This document shows positions 50,130 through 60,004 of a stretch of DNA of 64,000 bases, in pieces. The position numbers were made by a program, and so were the translations under genes. The stretch is taken from positions 8,193-72,192 of the forward strand of contig JBFMHM010000001.1 of the NCBI GenBank assembly GCA_040753015.1. The letters run 5' to 3'. This DNA is from Candidatus Omnitrophota bacterium (lineage in GTDB: Bacteria > Omnitrophota > Gorgyraeia > Gygaellales > JBFMHM01). Position 1 is the first letter of the stretch; the number at the start of each line of letters is the position of its first letter. Under the pieces are notes generated by a model. It was not told where the DNA came from, searched no databases, and saw nothing but the letters and a program-made list of their open reading frames with translations.

Positions 50130-51761
50130 ATGTCAAAACAATTGCTGTATAATGAAGAAGCAAGGCGTAAAATCCTTTCCGGTGTTGAGCAATTAGCTGC
50201 GGCAGTAAAGGTAACACTCGGGCCAAAAGGAAGAAATGTCGTAATCGACAAAAAATTTGGTTCACCAACAATCACAAAAGACGGTGTAACCGTTGCAAAA
50301 GAGGTTGAACTCGAATGCCCTTATGAAAATATGGGTGCACAGCTAATCAAAGAAGTTGCAGAAAAAACTTCTGATTTAGCAGGCGATGGTACAACCACAG
50401 CAACAATTTTAGCTGAAGCAATTTATCGCGAAGGCTTAAAAAATGTTACAGCTGGCGCAAACCCAATGGCATTAAAAAGGGGTATTGAGCAAGCAGTAGA
50501 AAAAATTACCGAAGAATTAAAAACATTATCAAAACCAATTAAAGACAAAAAAGAAATTGCACAAGTTGGATCAATTGCCGCAAATGGCGATACCGAAATT
50601 GGCAATTTAATTGCTGAAGCAATGGATAAAGCCGGAAAAGACGGCGTTATTACCGTTGAAGAGGCAAAATCAATTGCAACCACCTTAGATGTTGTTGAGG
50701 GTATGCAATTTGATCAAGGATATTTATCTCCATATTTTTCTACTGATATGGAAAGAATGGAATGCATCCTTGATGAGCCATATATTTTAATCCATGAGAA
50801 AAAAATATCTGCTTTAAAAGATATGCTTCCATTGTTAGAAAAAATTGCGCGTGCTGGCAAACCAATGCTAATTATTGCCGAAGAAGTTGAAGGCGAAGCA
50901 CTTGCAACATTAGTTGTCAATAAACTTCGCGGAACACTAACCTGTGTAGCTGTAAAAGCTCCCGGTTATGGCGACAGGCGCAAAGCAATGCTCGAAGATA
51001 TCGCAATTCTAACCGGCGGTAAAGCTATAACTGAAGATCTTGGCATAAAGCTAGAAAATGTCGATATTTCAGACCTTGGCCGCGCAAAAAGGGTTAAAAT
51101 TGATAAAGAAAATACAACTATCGTTGAAGGCGCAGGAAAAACTGCTGCTATAAACGGCAGAATTAATCAAATCAGAAAACAAATCGAAGAAACAGATTCT
51201 GATTATGATAAAGAAAAGCTACAAGAACGCTTAGCAAAACTTGCTGGCGGAGTTGCCGTAATCAATGTTGGCGCTGCAACTGAAACTGAAATGAAAGAGA
51301 AAAAAGCCCGCGTTGAAGATGCGCTACATGCAACAAGAGCTGCACGCGAAGAAGGTGTTGTACCAGGTGGTGGAGTAGCATTAGTTAGGGCTCTGCCTTG
51401 CCTTGAAAAAATTAAACTTGATGGCGATGAAAAAATCGGTGCGAATATTGTAAGGCGCGCACTGGAAGAGCCTATAAGACAGTTGGCAGAGAATGCCGCT
51501 CTAGAAGGTTCTGTAATCGTACAAAAAGTTAAAGAAGGAAAAGGCAACTTTGGCTTCAATGTCGCAACTGGTGAATATACCGATATGATGGATGCCGGGA
51601 TAATTGACCCAACAAAAGTTACCCGCACAGCACTACAAAATGCATCTAGTATCGCATCATTACTTCTTACAACTGAGTGCGTCATTACCGACAAACCAGA
51701 AGAGAAAAAAGAAGCAGCAATGCCTCCAATGCCTCCAGGCGGCGGCTACGGCGGATATTAA
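50130..51761 (+). CDS. groEL: Chaperonin GroEL
   Basis: [15 protein letters not shown] and LAGGVAVI motifs. Confidence 0.99.
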   Translation: MSKQLLYNEEARRKILSGVEQLAAAVKVTLGPKGRNVVIDKKFGSPTITKDGVTVAKEVELECPYENMGAQLIKEVAEKTSDLAGDGTTTATILAEAIYREGLKNVTAGANPMALKRGIEQAVEKITEELKTLSKPIKDKKEIAQVGSIAANGDTEIGNLIAEAMDKAGKDGVITVEEAKSIATTLDVVEGMQFDQGYLSPYFSTDMERMECILDEPYILIHEKKISALKDMLPLLEKIARAGKPMLIIAEEVEGEALATLVVNKLRGTLTCVAVKAPGYGDRRKAMLEDIAILTGGKAITEDLGIKLENVDISDLGRAKRVKIDKENTTIVEGAGKTAAINGRINQIRKQIEETDSDYDKEKLQERLAKLAGGVAVINVGAATETEMKEKKARVEDALHATRAAREEGVVPGGGVALVRALPCLEKIKLDGDEKIGANIVRRALEEPIRQLAENAALEGSVIVQKVKEGKGNFGFNVATGEYTDMMDAGIIDPTKVTRTALQNASSIASLLLTTECVITDKPEEKKEAAMPPMPPGGGYGGY

Positions 51762-51762
51762 C

Positions 51763-51922
51763 CAATTTTTTCTAACGAAAAAATTGCCTAAAAGGCTGCA
51801 AGTTTAAATCTGATAAGATTTAAACTGTTATGCAGGTTACACTGAACCGTGATTTTTACGGGGCAGTGTTAAGTCATAGCGAAAATCAACCCCGCCTCTA
51901 AACAGAGGCGGGGTTTTTATTT
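51763..51922 (+). ncRNA. Five-hairpin structured element, unit 1, ending in an intrinsic terminator
   Basis: Consecutive stems; terminator AACCCCGCCTCT-AAAC-AGAGGCGGGGTT-TTT; homologous to unit 2. Confidence 0.55.
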
Positions 51923-51942
51923 GCTTGCAATGTCTATTATCC

Positions 51943-52113
51943 CGAATTTTGCAATAGCAAAATTCGCCCCTGAGGGCCGCAAGATTAAATCTCGTCGAGA
52001 TTTAATCTGTTCTGCGGGTTACCCTGGACCGTCAGCGAAGCGCTTTGACTGGTTCGGTGGTTAATACAAAAAAACCAACCCCATCTCTAGAAATAGGGAT
52101 GGGGTTTTTCTTT
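51943..52113 (+). ncRNA. Five-hairpin structured element, unit 2, ending in an intrinsic terminator
   Basis: Same order of stems with compensatory changes; terminator AACCCCATCTCT-AGAAAT-AGGGATGGGGTT-TTT. Confidence 0.55.
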
Positions 52114-52138
52114 ACCAACATTCTACCCAAAAATTTTC

Positions 52139-52167
52139 TTGACACCTGTATAAACATACAGTATTAT
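52139..52167 (+). promoter_or_regulatory. Promoter containing an SOS (LexA) box
   Basis: TTGACA (52139-52144), 17 bp, TATTAT (52162-52167); CTGT-ATAAACAT-ACAG at 52146-52161. Confidence 0.85.
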
Positions 52168-52174
52168 AACGTTC

Positions 52175-53680
52175 ATGATACGCCAAAGAAAAAAAAATAT
52201 AAAACTTACTAAACGTCAGGAACAAATTTTTAATTTTATTGTTAAAAACATAAAAAACTTCGGTTTCCCGCCTTCTATTTCAGAGTTTCAAAAAAAATTC
52301 TCTTTTAAATCACCTAATGCCGTTCAAAGCCATCTCAATAGCCTAGAAAAAAAAGGTTTTATTTCTCGACATCCGCATAAATCACGCGCTATAGAAATTT
52401 TAATTAATCAAAAAACGATGCTAAATAACTCTAATTCTACAATGGATATCCCCATTGTTGGCCGTGTTGCGGCCGGCGCGCCAATCATAGCCGAAGAAAA
52501 TATCGAAGGAACGCTCGCGGTCGATAAAACGCTTGTTAAAGATCCAAATAAAACTTTTGCTTTACAGGTAAGAGGCGACAGTATGATTAATGCAGGAATC
52601 CTGAATAATGACTTTGTAGTTGTCCAACAACAATCTACTGCGGATGAGGGTGAAATCGTCGTTGCTCTTATTGGCGAAGAAGCCACAGTAAAAAGATTTT
52701 ATAAAGAAAAAGATTGCATTAAATTAATTGCCGAAAATGAGAATTTTGCGCCAATAATAATAACGCCAAAAGATAATGATATTCAAATATTGGGAAAAGT
52801 AAAAGGTGTTATAAGGAAATTTAAAACAGATAACACCATCGCACCAATTAAACAAGCTGCACGCTCGCCTAACAAAGAAAAGAGCGATGTCTTTTTTAAA
52901 TCAGAAAACATAAAAATTTTGAATAATGATATACTTAACACTGAAAATATTTTACCATCTAGTGTTGATTTAATAATTACCTCTCCGCCATATAATCTTG
53001 ATATTAAATATGGTGCTCATGACGACAAACTGTCTTATGAAGAATACCTCAAATTTAGTAAAGAGTGGATGGCTAGATGTTTTGAGCTTGCCAAAGACGA
53101 TGGACGCTTTTGTTTAAATATCCCGCTTGATAAAAATAAGAACGGACAACAAAGCGTTTGCGCTGATATTACATCAATTGCAAAACATATAGGCTGGCAT
53201 TATCATTCTACGATAATTTGGAATGAAGGTAATATTTCTAGACGTACAGCATGGGGTTCATGGCTTAGCGCTTCAGCCCCCTATGTCATTGCGCCTGTTG
53301 AAGTAATTGTAGTTTTTTATAAAAAATTTTGGAAAAAACAAAAACCAGGAAAATCTGATATAACAAAAGAAGAATTTATGGAATGGACTAATGGTGTTTG
53401 GTCTTTTAACGGCGAAAGCAAAAAAAGAATAGGGCACCCTGCGCCATTCCCTGTGGAGCTGCCAAAAAGATGTATTAAACTCTTTAGCTATACTACTGAT
53501 ACCATCTTAGATCCATTTCTAGGGAGCGGATCAACTTTACTAGCTTGTATTAAAGAAAAAAGGGGCGGCATAGGCGTAGATATAGATAGACAATATTGTG
53601 ATTTAGCAAAAAGAAGGATAATGAATTATAATGCCCAGTGTAATTTTAACTTTAAGGAGACAGTATGTCAGGAGAAATAG
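52175..53680 (+). CDS. lexA: LexA repressor fused to a beta-class N4/N6 DNA methyltransferase
   Basis: LTKRQ...PPS...HL..LEKKG wHTH, VAAGAP cleavage site, GDSM and TVKR dyad; then TSPPY, HPAPFP and DPFLGSG. Confidence 0.93.
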   Translation: MIRQRKKNIKLTKRQEQIFNFIVKNIKNFGFPPSISEFQKKFSFKSPNAVQSHLNSLEKKGFISRHPHKSRAIEILINQKTMLNNSNSTMDIPIVGRVAAGAPIIAEENIEGTLAVDKTLVKDPNKTFALQVRGDSMINAGILNNDFVVVQQQSTADEGEIVVALIGEEATVKRFYKEKDCIKLIAENENFAPIIITPKDNDIQILGKVKGVIRKFKTDNTIAPIKQAARSPNKEKSDVFFKSENIKILNNDILNTENILPSSVDLIITSPPYNLDIKYGAHDDKLSYEEYLKFSKEWMARCFELAKDDGRFCLNIPLDKNKNGQQSVCADITSIAKHIGWHYHSTIIWNEGNISRRTAWGSWLSASAPYVIAPVEVIVVFYKKFWKKQKPGKSDITKEEFMEWTNGVWSFNGESKKRIGHPAPFPVELPKRCIKLFSYTTDTILDPFLGSGSTLLACIKEKRGGIGVDIDRQYCDLAKRRIMNYNAQCNFNFKETVCQEK

Positions 53681-54249
53681 TCCAATCCAATTTGATAATG
53701 GAATATTTTAAAAATCATCCCAACCAAGATATTAAACATCCTGAGATTGTTGATTGGGTAACAGCTGAATACAATAAAAGAACTGGTAAGGTTTTTCGAG
53801 ATCCAGATAGAGCTATTAGAAAGCTATCCCAAGAAGGACAATTAATAAAAATTAAAAAAGGTGTGTATAAGTATGACCCTTCTTTTATTAAAAATCGAAA
53901 ATTAAAAGATTTTACAACTGAACAAAAGAAAGAAATATTTAAACGAGATGCTTATAAATGCGTGGTTTGTGGCCGCGGAATTAATGACGGAGTAGAAATT
54001 CACGCTGATCATATAAAGCCAAGAGATTTAGGCGGTGAATCAAAAATAGAAAATGGTCAAACATTGTGTGCCCAGCATAACTTTCAAAAGAAAAATTATA
54101 AACAGACAGAAACAGGAAAGAAGATGTTTATAAGACTTTGTGAATTAGCAAAAAAATCTAAAGATAAAAAGTTGCAAAAATTTTGTGAAGAAGTATTAAC
54201 AGTCTATGAAAAAAATAATATTAACGGTCACATAAGATGGAATAAATAG
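53665..54249 (+). CDS. HNH endonuclease, putative cognate restriction enzyme
   Basis: CVVC, HADHIKP, N.QTLC..HN motifs; overlaps the end of the MTase gene. Confidence 0.88.
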   Translation: MSGEIVQSNLIMEYFKNHPNQDIKHPEIVDWVTAEYNKRTGKVFRDPDRAIRKLSQEGQLIKIKKGVYKYDPSFIKNRKLKDFTTEQKKEIFKRDAYKCVVCGRGINDGVEIHADHIKPRDLGGESKIENGQTLCAQHNFQKKNYKQTETGKKMFIRLCELAKKSKDKKLQKFCEEVLTVYEKNNINGHIRWNK

Positions 54250-54263
54250 AGGAATATAGACAT

Positions 54264-54896
54264 ATGGGTATTTTATATCTTGATTTGTTATTAATAATAA
54301 TCGGGATCTCTGCATTGTTGGGAGAAAATAAGATTGATAAAATTGGAACTTTTTTCTATTTAATGTTTATATTCGGTTTTTTCTTTACTCTCGGGGAAGC
54401 TTTAACAAAAATTGTTACAAGAAAAGACTATAATTTGTGGATGATATTTTTTATTTTTACCTTTTTTATAATTATAAATTTTAGGCAAGTTAAAAACTTT
54501 ACCACTTTCGTTGTTTGTAGTAAGATAATAACGTTAAATTACGATTTAGAAACAGAAGAATTTAAAAATAATAAGAAAATAAAAATAGCTACTCCCGAAG
54601 GCAGGTGTATTATTGCTAAAGAAAATGGACTGTATCGCATATATTTGCCTCGAAAGATTGTAGATGTAAATCTTTTTTATACTTCTTATGATGCTAACGG
54701 AATACACAAAGGTCGTATTTTATGGATTAAGGATGTGGATTTTACATTTAAAGATAGGTATATAGAATCATATCACGTTTTAAACGAAAGTGCTAATAAT
54801 GGAAAAGGAAGGCATCTAATAAAATATTACTATCGGTTGAATATTTTTGAGCTTTTAAAAAAATCCAGTAGTTTTTGGAGAAGCTATTTAGAATAA
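54264..54896 (+). CDS. Hypothetical membrane protein
   Basis: Three N-terminal TM segments; GAGGA RBS; very AT-rich. Confidence 0.65.
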   Translation: MGILYLDLLLIIIGISALLGENKIDKIGTFFYLMFIFGFFFTLGEALTKIVTRKDYNLWMIFFIFTFFIIINFRQVKNFTTFVVCSKIITLNYDLETEEFKNNKKIKIATPEGRCIIAKENGLYRIYLPRKIVDVNLFYTSYDANGIHKGRILWIKDVDFTFKDRYIESYHVLNESANNGKGRHLIKYYYRLNIFELLKKSSSFWRSYLE

Positions 54897-54948
54897 TCCC
54901 AGACCATAATCAGAATTCCGAAGACACAGCAGTTAATTAACCCTTAAA

Positions 54949-56088
54949 ATGAAAAAGCTCTTGGCAATTTTTGCACTAATCCTCACGATAACAACAAACT
55001 CTTTCGCCTCGGAAATTTGGTATCAGGCTCGGGTAAGAGATGCGAGTGATCGGAGTTATGAGAAAGAAGTTATTGCGCTACTTGATTCTGCCAAACAATC
55101 AATTACAATCTCAATGTACGTCATCAAACCGCATGAAATAAAAAACCACCCAGTAAATCTTCTGCTTAATGATCTTTTAGAGGCTAGAGGCCGAGGGGTT
55201 GAAGTAAATATCTACCTAAATGCCAGGTTTAACAATGTCTTAGAATCTGGCGATATTACGCGTAATCCTATTTATGCCACACTAGAACAAAAAGGCGCAA
55301 AAATATACTTTGTATCAAGCGCAACCATGCTTCACGATAAACTTATTATCATTGACGAGCGCTACATCGTAGAAGGTAGCACAAATTGGAGCGTTGCCGC
55401 TCTAAAAAATAATCTTGAATCAGCAACAATCATAGATTCACCTGAGCTTGCCAAAAGAAAATTATCTAGAATCAGCCAATTACCGTTAGAAGGCCAAGCA
55501 AAGCCAACCACCAAAGAAGAAAAGCCAATAGTTGCCAATTTACCACCAGAAATAGAAATAAAAGCTTGCCTTATTACCGATAAAAACTTTTTCTCTAAAA
55601 TGGTGAGAAACCGAGACGAACATACAATTGATCTATATCTTTATTTAATTGGGTTATCACAAGCCTATAACTCAAATGAATTCTTTATAGATCTTGAAAC
55701 AATACCACTCGATATTTCGCTTCCTAAAAAATGGCCCGAAACTGCTAAACGCCGCCAAATCATAAAATTATTAAAGAAGCTTTCGAAAAACTATCATCTT
55801 ATACAAGTAGAATTTTATCCCGCTAAAGATAGCTGGGTAAAATTAATAAACTTACCTGGCGAATCATTTCTTATCCCCAATACTTATTTTACTGAAGTTT
55901 ATATTAATCGCTTTAGCGCAAAAGCTCAACTGCTCATCCTGACAGATTTTCTTTTAAAGAAAGAGGGAAAAAGTATTTATTCTACATCTCTAGCTGATCT
56001 TAGCCGACTCCTTAACCTTAACCCCAAGATAATCTCCAAGGCGTTGTCAGAAGTAAAAAACTACACAGAGAATCAAAGAATTGACTAA
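54949..56088 (+). CDS. PLD/Nuc-family protein with signal peptide and possible C-terminal HTH
   Basis: Single HxKxxxxD (LHDKLIIID) followed by GSTNWS and NLE. Confidence 0.85.
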   Translation: MKKLLAIFALILTITTNSFASEIWYQARVRDASDRSYEKEVIALLDSAKQSITISMYVIKPHEIKNHPVNLLLNDLLEARGRGVEVNIYLNARFNNVLESGDITRNPIYATLEQKGAKIYFVSSATMLHDKLIIIDERYIVEGSTNWSVAALKNNLESATIIDSPELAKRKLSRISQLPLEGQAKPTTKEEKPIVANLPPEIEIKACLITDKNFFSKMVRNRDEHTIDLYLYLIGLSQAYNSNEFFIDLETIPLDISLPKKWPETAKRRQIIKLLKKLSKNYHLIQVEFYPAKDSWVKLINLPGESFLIPNTYFTEVYINRFSAKAQLLILTDFLLKKEGKSIYSTSLADLSRLLNLNPKIISKALSEVKNYTENQRID

Positions 56089-56115
56089 AATTAAAAAAAG
56101 CTTATAATTAAACTA

Positions 56116-56601
56116 ATGTTAGATTATTTAGGCATATTTAAAGAATTAAACAAAAGAAAAATAAAGTATATTGTCGTAGGGGGAATGGCAATAAACCTAT
56201 ATGGCATCCCACGAATGACCTATGACTTAGATTTCATACTTTTACTCGAAAATAACAATATTAAAAAATTTATTACTTTAATGAAAAAATGGGGCTTTAA
56301 ACCAAAAGTGCCCGTAAATATAATGGATTTTTCAAATAAAGACAAAAGAAATGACTGGATAAAGAATAAAAATATGAAGGCCTTCAATCTAGTAAATCTG
56401 AATTGGGGAATTGCAGAAATTGACATAATTATCGATAGCCCAGTTAATTACGAAAAAGCTTATAAGAACATTAAATACATATCCTTACGGAATACACAGA
56501 TTCCAACTATAGGCATAGACGATCTTATCAAAATGAAGCATAAAACCGGAAGAAAACAAGATTTAGCCGATGTCAAAACTTTAATGAAATTGAAAAGATG
56601 A
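56116..56601 (+). CDS. Nucleotidyltransferase-fold protein (putative toxin)
   Basis: VVGGMA...R.T.DLD and LI.MK...GRKQD..D motifs. Confidence 0.82.
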   Translation: MLDYLGIFKELNKRKIKYIVVGGMAINLYGIPRMTYDLDFILLLENNNIKKFITLMKKWGFKPKVPVNIMDFSNKDKRNDWIKNKNMKAFNLVNLNWGIAEIDIIIDSPVNYEKAYKNIKYISLRNTQIPTIGIDDLIKMKHKTGRKQDLADVKTLMKLKR

Positions 56602-56774
56602 AACCTAAGACTAACGGATTCGAATATTATTTAACTAAAGATCAAATCAAACGATACAGCGCTATGCCTTTAGAAAATAGGTTGGCATGGCTTTATCAGG
56701 CAAACCTCTTAAGAAAATACTATCCTAAAAAAATCATAAGATTGCAAAATTTATTCCGCGAAGGAAAAATTTAA
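56598..56774 (+). CDS. 58-aa partner of the nucleotidyltransferase (putative antitoxin)
   Basis: ATGA overlap; MKPKTNGFEYYLTKDQIKRYSAMPLENRLAWLYQANLLRK...; absent from the ORF track. Confidence 0.65.
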   Translation: MKPKTNGFEYYLTKDQIKRYSAMPLENRLAWLYQANLLRKYYPKKIIRLQNLFREGKI

Positions 56775-56918
56775 ACGTATCTTTAACCCCAGAATAATCT
56801 CAAAAAGCTCTACTCAAACTTAACATCAAACTTAAAAAATATTGCTTTTAACAAAAATAAATGCTATATTACTGTTTTGCAAGGAATTATAAAAATTTAT
56901 ATAAAGGGGTGATAAAAA

Positions 56919-57083
56919 ATGCCGCATGTACAAATAAAAAAAGATGAGCCTTTCGAAGCAGCTCTTAGAAGATTTAAAAAACAGATCGAAAGAGAAGGCA
57001 TCTTAAAAGAAGTAAAAGACCGTAAACATTACGAAAAGCCTAGCCAGAGGAAAAGAAAAAGAGCACCGCGCTCATCTAGATAA
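56919..57083 (+). CDS. rpsU: 30S ribosomal protein S21
   Basis: [42 protein letters not shown]; absent from the ORF track. Confidence 0.96.
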   Translation: MPHVQIKKDEPFEAALRRFKKQIEREGILKEVKDRKHYEKPSQRKRKRAPRSSR

Positions 57084-57114
57084 TTTAGTAAAAATTATTT
57101 CAACAGCAAAAAAT

Positions 57115-57927
57115 ATGTTAAGAGAACCTGCTGTAGCCGGAAGATTTTATCCGCAAAGTAAATCTGACCTAATTAAACAAATTACAAGCTTTCTGCCTAA
57201 AAAAATACAAAAAAAAGACGTTGTTGGCGCTATATTACCTCATGCAGGTTACATTTACTCTGGTAAGGTAGCCGTAGAAACTGCTTGTATAATTGAACCC
57301 AAAAAAATATTTATAGTAATCGGGCCAAATCATTCTGGAATTGGTGAAAACTTTAGTATACAAACTAAAGGAAAATGGTTAACTCCTCTAGGAGAGGTGG
57401 CTATTGAAGAATATCTGGCTTCGGAATTATTAAAAAATTCTCTTCTTTTAAAGGAAGATTCCCTGGCCCATAAATTTGAACACTCTATTGAAGTAGAACT
57501 ACCTATTTTACAGTATTTTAATACTAGCTTCAAATTCATACCAATTGCAATAATGTCATCTGACACGGAAAAACTTAAAGAATTCGGCAACGAACTAGCT
57601 ATAAATCTTGAGAAATCGGGAAGAATTAAAGATATAGTTATAATTGCTTCAAGCGATATGACTCATTATGAAAAACACGAAGAAGCTTCTAAAAAAGACA
57701 AAGTTGCTATTGATGCGATCTTAAGTTTAGATGCCGATCTTTTGGTGAAAAACTTAACTAAGTTAAACATAACTATGTGCGGCTGGGGCCCGGCAATAAT
57801 ACTTTTATCTTATGCAAAAAAAATTAAAGCTAATAAAACAAAACTTATCAAATATCAAACAAGCGCTGCCGCAAGCGGTGATTATAATAGCGTTGTTGGA
57901 TATGCCGGTATAATTATAACGAGGTGA
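57115..57927 (+). CDS. amrB: AmmeMemoRadiSam protein B (MEMO1 family)
   Basis: PAVAGRFYP, PHAGYIYSG, EHSIE, SSDMTHY and TMCG motifs. Confidence 0.93.
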   Translation: MLREPAVAGRFYPQSKSDLIKQITSFLPKKIQKKDVVGAILPHAGYIYSGKVAVETACIIEPKKIFIVIGPNHSGIGENFSIQTKGKWLTPLGEVAIEEYLASELLKNSLLLKEDSLAHKFEHSIEVELPILQYFNTSFKFIPIAIMSSDTEKLKEFGNELAINLEKSGRIKDIVIIASSDMTHYEKHEEASKKDKVAIDAILSLDADLLVKNLTKLNITMCGWGPAIILLSYAKKIKANKTKLIKYQTSAAASGDYNSVVGYAGIIITR

Positions 57928-57930
57928 TTC

Positions 57931-58305
57931 ATGAATGAACAAAAGAAGGTAGACGAAAGCTGGAAAGAAAAAGCAAAAGATAATGAAGAAACAATACAAA
58001 ATAAATCCGGGCAAGATTTTATGCCTGAAGCAACATTTGCAATGTTAATTTCAAGCTTAGCAATACAAGCAACAATTTCTCTTGGTGAAATAGAAAGCCC
58101 CTTAACAAATAAAAAGGAAATTGATCTTAAACAAGCAAAGTATTTGATTGATACATTGGGTATGCTACAAGAAAAAACAAAGAATAATTTAACAAAAGAA
58201 GAAACAACTATGATGGAAAATGTGCTTTTTGAGCTAAGGACGATATTTTTAGAAAAATCAAATTCGCCGCAATTAAATAAAAACGAAGAAGTAAAGGAGA
58301 AATAA
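57931..58305 (+). CDS. DUF1844-family protein
   Basis: VDESWK, LG...P, A..LID.L.ML.EKTKNNL pattern. Confidence 0.85.
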   Translation: MNEQKKVDESWKEKAKDNEETIQNKSGQDFMPEATFAMLISSLAIQATISLGEIESPLTNKKEIDLKQAKYLIDTLGMLQEKTKNNLTKEETTMMENVLFELRTIFLEKSNSPQLNKNEEVKEK

Positions 58306-58306
58306 A

Positions 58307-58477
58307 ATGATTGATAAAGAATTATTGGATATATTAATCTGCCCTGCCTGCCATGGTGAAATAGAACTGAAATCATTCGAGAAGAATATCCAAAAAATAT
58401 GCTGCAAAAAATGCGGCAGGAAATACCCTGTTAGAGACGATATACCAATAATGTTAATTGATGAAGCAGAAATATAA
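58307..58477 (+). CDS. Trm112-family protein
   Basis: MIDKELLDILICPACHG...CKKCGRKYPVRDDIPIMLIDEA; absent from the ORF track. Confidence 0.9.
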   Translation: MIDKELLDILICPACHGEIELKSFEKNIQKICCKKCGRKYPVRDDIPIMLIDEAEI

Positions 58478-58503
58478 TAGTTAAAAAATAAAAGGATATA
58501 TAG

Positions 58504-58965
58504 ATGAAAAAAATATTAGTAATTCATGGGCCTAATTTAGATTTATTAGGAATAAGAGAGCCAGAAGTTTATGGCAAGCTTACGCTTAACGAAATTAATT
58601 CTAAGCTCAAATTAATAGCAAAACAAAAAAAAATTGGATTAAAGATTATTCAATCAAACCACGAAGGAGATATTGTTGATTTAATCGGCAAGGCGAAAAA
58701 TACATTTGGTGCAATACTAATAAATCCTGCCGCCTACACACACACATCCGTTGCAATAAGAGATGCGATTGCCGCATGCGGTATTCCTACGGTTGAGGTA
58801 CATCTGTCTAATATCTATGCCAGAGAGGAATTTCGCCATACTTCGCTAATTTCCGCTGTCAGCTCTGGCCAAATATGCGGCTTTGGCTTACTTAGTTACA
58901 CATTAGGCCTCGAAGCTGCTATATCACTTGTAAATTATGAAAGACCTACTAAAAGAAATCCTTAA
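58504..58965 (+). CDS. aroQ: Type II 3-dehydroquinate dehydratase
   Basis: [27 protein letters not shown] and EVHLSN motifs. Confidence 0.97.
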   Translation: MKKILVIHGPNLDLLGIREPEVYGKLTLNEINSKLKLIAKQKKIGLKIIQSNHEGDIVDLIGKAKNTFGAILINPAAYTHTSVAIRDAIAACGIPTVEVHLSNIYAREEFRHTSLISAVSSGQICGFGLLSYTLGLEAAISLVNYERPTKRNP

Positions 58966-60004
58966 GCTTTTAGATAAAAATAATATCGATTCTTTAATAA
59001 TAAAACATCCTGCGAACGTTTCTTATTTATCCGGATTTAACGCAAGAGAAGCGGTTATACTTGTATCTCATAAACAATCTTTTTTTATTACTGATTTCCG
59101 TTACTTAGGCGAAGCAAAAATTTATCTTAAAAATAAAAATTTAAAGATTGAATGTGTTACTAAAAATAATTCTCTGGGCTTAGTAACAGATCTAATAAAA
59201 AAATTGAGATTAAAAAGAATAGGGTTTGAAGCACAAAAAATAAATTTTGTAGAATATAAATATTTACTAAAAAACTCTTGTGGTTTTTTTAAAATTATAC
59301 CCACTTTTAATCTTGTTGAAATTCTAAGAGTAAAAAAATCAGAATGTGAAATAAGTAAAATAAAAACTAGTGTATTAAAATTAGTAAATATTTTTAAAGA
59401 TATAAAAAATATTTTACGGCCGCAGATTACAGAAATAGAACTTGCTGCAGAAATTGAAAAAATGATTAGGAATATTTCTACAAGGCCGCCTGCATTCGAG
59501 CCAATTATAGCTTCAGGCCTACAATCAAGCCTTCCGCATGCAATAAGTACAAAAAATAAAATAAATAAAACATCCCCAATATTAGTTGATATCGGCTTAG
59601 ATTTATCAGGTTATAAATCCGACTTGACAAGGGTGTTTTTTTTAAGTAAAATAAGCCGTAAAATTAGTAAAATTTATGATATTGTAAAATTTGCTCAAGA
59701 AAAAGCTATAGAAAACATAAAACCGGGCGTAAGCTGTAATTATATTGATAGAATTGCGCGCAATATTATTGAAAACAAAGGATTTGGAAAATTTTTCGGG
59801 CATTCATTAGGCCATGGCATAGGCCTTGAGGTACATGAAAATCCAAGCATTAATCCAATAAATACGCAACCTCTAGAAGAAGGCATGGTTATAACTATTG
59901 AACCGGCGATATATTTACCGGGTGAATTTGGTATAAGGTTAGAAGACATGGTTCTAGTAACAAAAACAAACTACGAGGTGTTAAGTGGCTCTCTCTCCAA
60001 ATGA
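58937..60004 (+). CDS. Xaa-Pro aminopeptidase (M24B)
   Basis: [22 protein letters not shown] and RLED motifs. Confidence 0.93.
   Translation: MKDLLKEILKLLDKNNIDSLIIKHPANVSYLSGFNAREAVILVSHKQSFFITDFRYLGEAKIYLKNKNLKIECVTKNNSLGLVTDLIKKLRLKRIGFEAQKINFVEYKYLLKNSCGFFKIIPTFNLVEILRVKKSECEISKIKTSVLKLVNIFKDIKNILRPQITEIELAAEIEKMIRNISTRPPAFEPIIASGLQSSLPHAISTKNKINKTSPILVDIGLDLSGYKSDLTRVFFLSKISRKISKIYDIVKFAQEKAIENIKPGVSCNYIDRIARNIIENKGFGKFFGHSLGHGIGLEVHENPSINPINTQPLEEGMVITIEPAIYLPGEFGIRLEDMVLVTKTNYEVLSGSLSK

Noticed and set aside
51763-52113. CRISPR array or hammerhead ribozyme
   Set aside because: Only two long diverged units with no repeat-spacer periodicity and no cas genes; CTGATAAG lies in a hairpin loop and is not conserved in unit 2
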